The notes beneath the pieces are model-generated. The model searched no databases. It worked only from the letters and a program-made list of their open reading frames with translations, and was not told the origin of the DNA. From Phallusia mammillata (taxonomy: Eukaryota), in assembly GCA_965637545.1 (NCBI GenBank), contig OZ281494.1:21452001-21516000 (forward strand): a stretch of 64,000 nt of DNA. Direction: 5' to 3'. A program made the translations under genes and the position numbers. The stretch's first letter is position 1, and each line of letters starts with the position of its first letter. Positions 63,458 to 64,000 of this stretch are shown here, one piece after another.

Positions 63458-64000
63458 TTACACACATATGCAATCGAACCTTTCGCATTGTACGCATTCG
63501 AATTGATTTTTCTCCGTCGTAAACTCCGGCTGGAACTGTTGGCAGCACGGCATCCATCGCATGATCGCTTGGCGCTTTGGGCAGTCATTTTTTTTCTCTG
63601 ATGGGAACCAAAACAGAGGTAACTTCGTCCCAATACGCCTTTACGGTATCGAAATCATTCTTGCATTTGTAGCAAAAGAAATGAATTGAATCTGGCGCCA
63701 AGAAACTCTCGATGTGACATTCAGTGCATATGAGCGGGATCAGGGTTTCGCATAAACTTTGCGACTTGCTGTTAGGCAAGATTTCAGTACTTTGTTCTAG
63801 TACCTCTCTTTTTAAGATTGGTAATCTGTAGGCTCGGGTTGTTGTCTTCAAACCTCGGGTATCCCGAAAGATGCCCTGTGGTAGATTGAGATTTAACTTG
63901 TCTTGTGTTTCTTTATCTTTCTCCGCCTGTAATCCATCGCTTGGGAAGTTTTCATCAGGAGCTGGGTCCACGCGGGTTCGAGTGACGCAGGTGAACTGGC
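63458..64000 (-). CDS. 3' part of an unidentified Cys-rich (zinc-ribbon-like) protein, open at the window edge and interrupted at an A8 run
   Basis: The frame is open from 64000 to TGA at 63585-63587 and contains CTEC-x15-CYKC. Removing one A from the A8 run (63588-63595) extends it to TAA at 63458 with PCCQ...FECVQC. AATAAA lies ~65 nt further downstream (~63388). Confidence 0.5.

Overview
AT-rich eukaryotic (metazoan) DNA with many 60-130 nt GT-AG introns. An ascidian tunicate is the likely source, but that is inference from the compact introns, a tandem Irx pair and an operon-like gene pair. The first ~50 kb hold two head-to-tail Iroquois (Irx, TALE-class) homeobox genes on the + strand: Irx-1 (CDS 3949-6890) and Irx-2 (CDS 28472-35668). 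A 21.5 kb gene desert separates them and another 14.5 kb follows; I found no intact MITEs in either. Two genes with intronless CDSs follow on the - strand, FCF1 and PIG-C, spaced 97 nt apart with an orphan TTTCAG acceptor between them, which looks like an SL trans-spliced operon. A tandem pair of degenerate tRNA-like units lies just downstream of PIG-C. The last ~12 kb are dense in hAT MITEs, two of them nested inside other MITEs. This part also contains a 10-exon gene, mostly missed by the ORF track, for a secreted ~495-aa mosaic protein: signal peptide, PAN/Apple, Cys-rich/EGF-like, 2x TSP1, SRCR and an atypical lectin-like C-terminal domain. The window ends inside a - strand Cys-rich (zinc-ribbon-like) ORF interrupted at an A8 run. 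All gene models were assembled by eye from splice sites and reading frames; no databases were searched.
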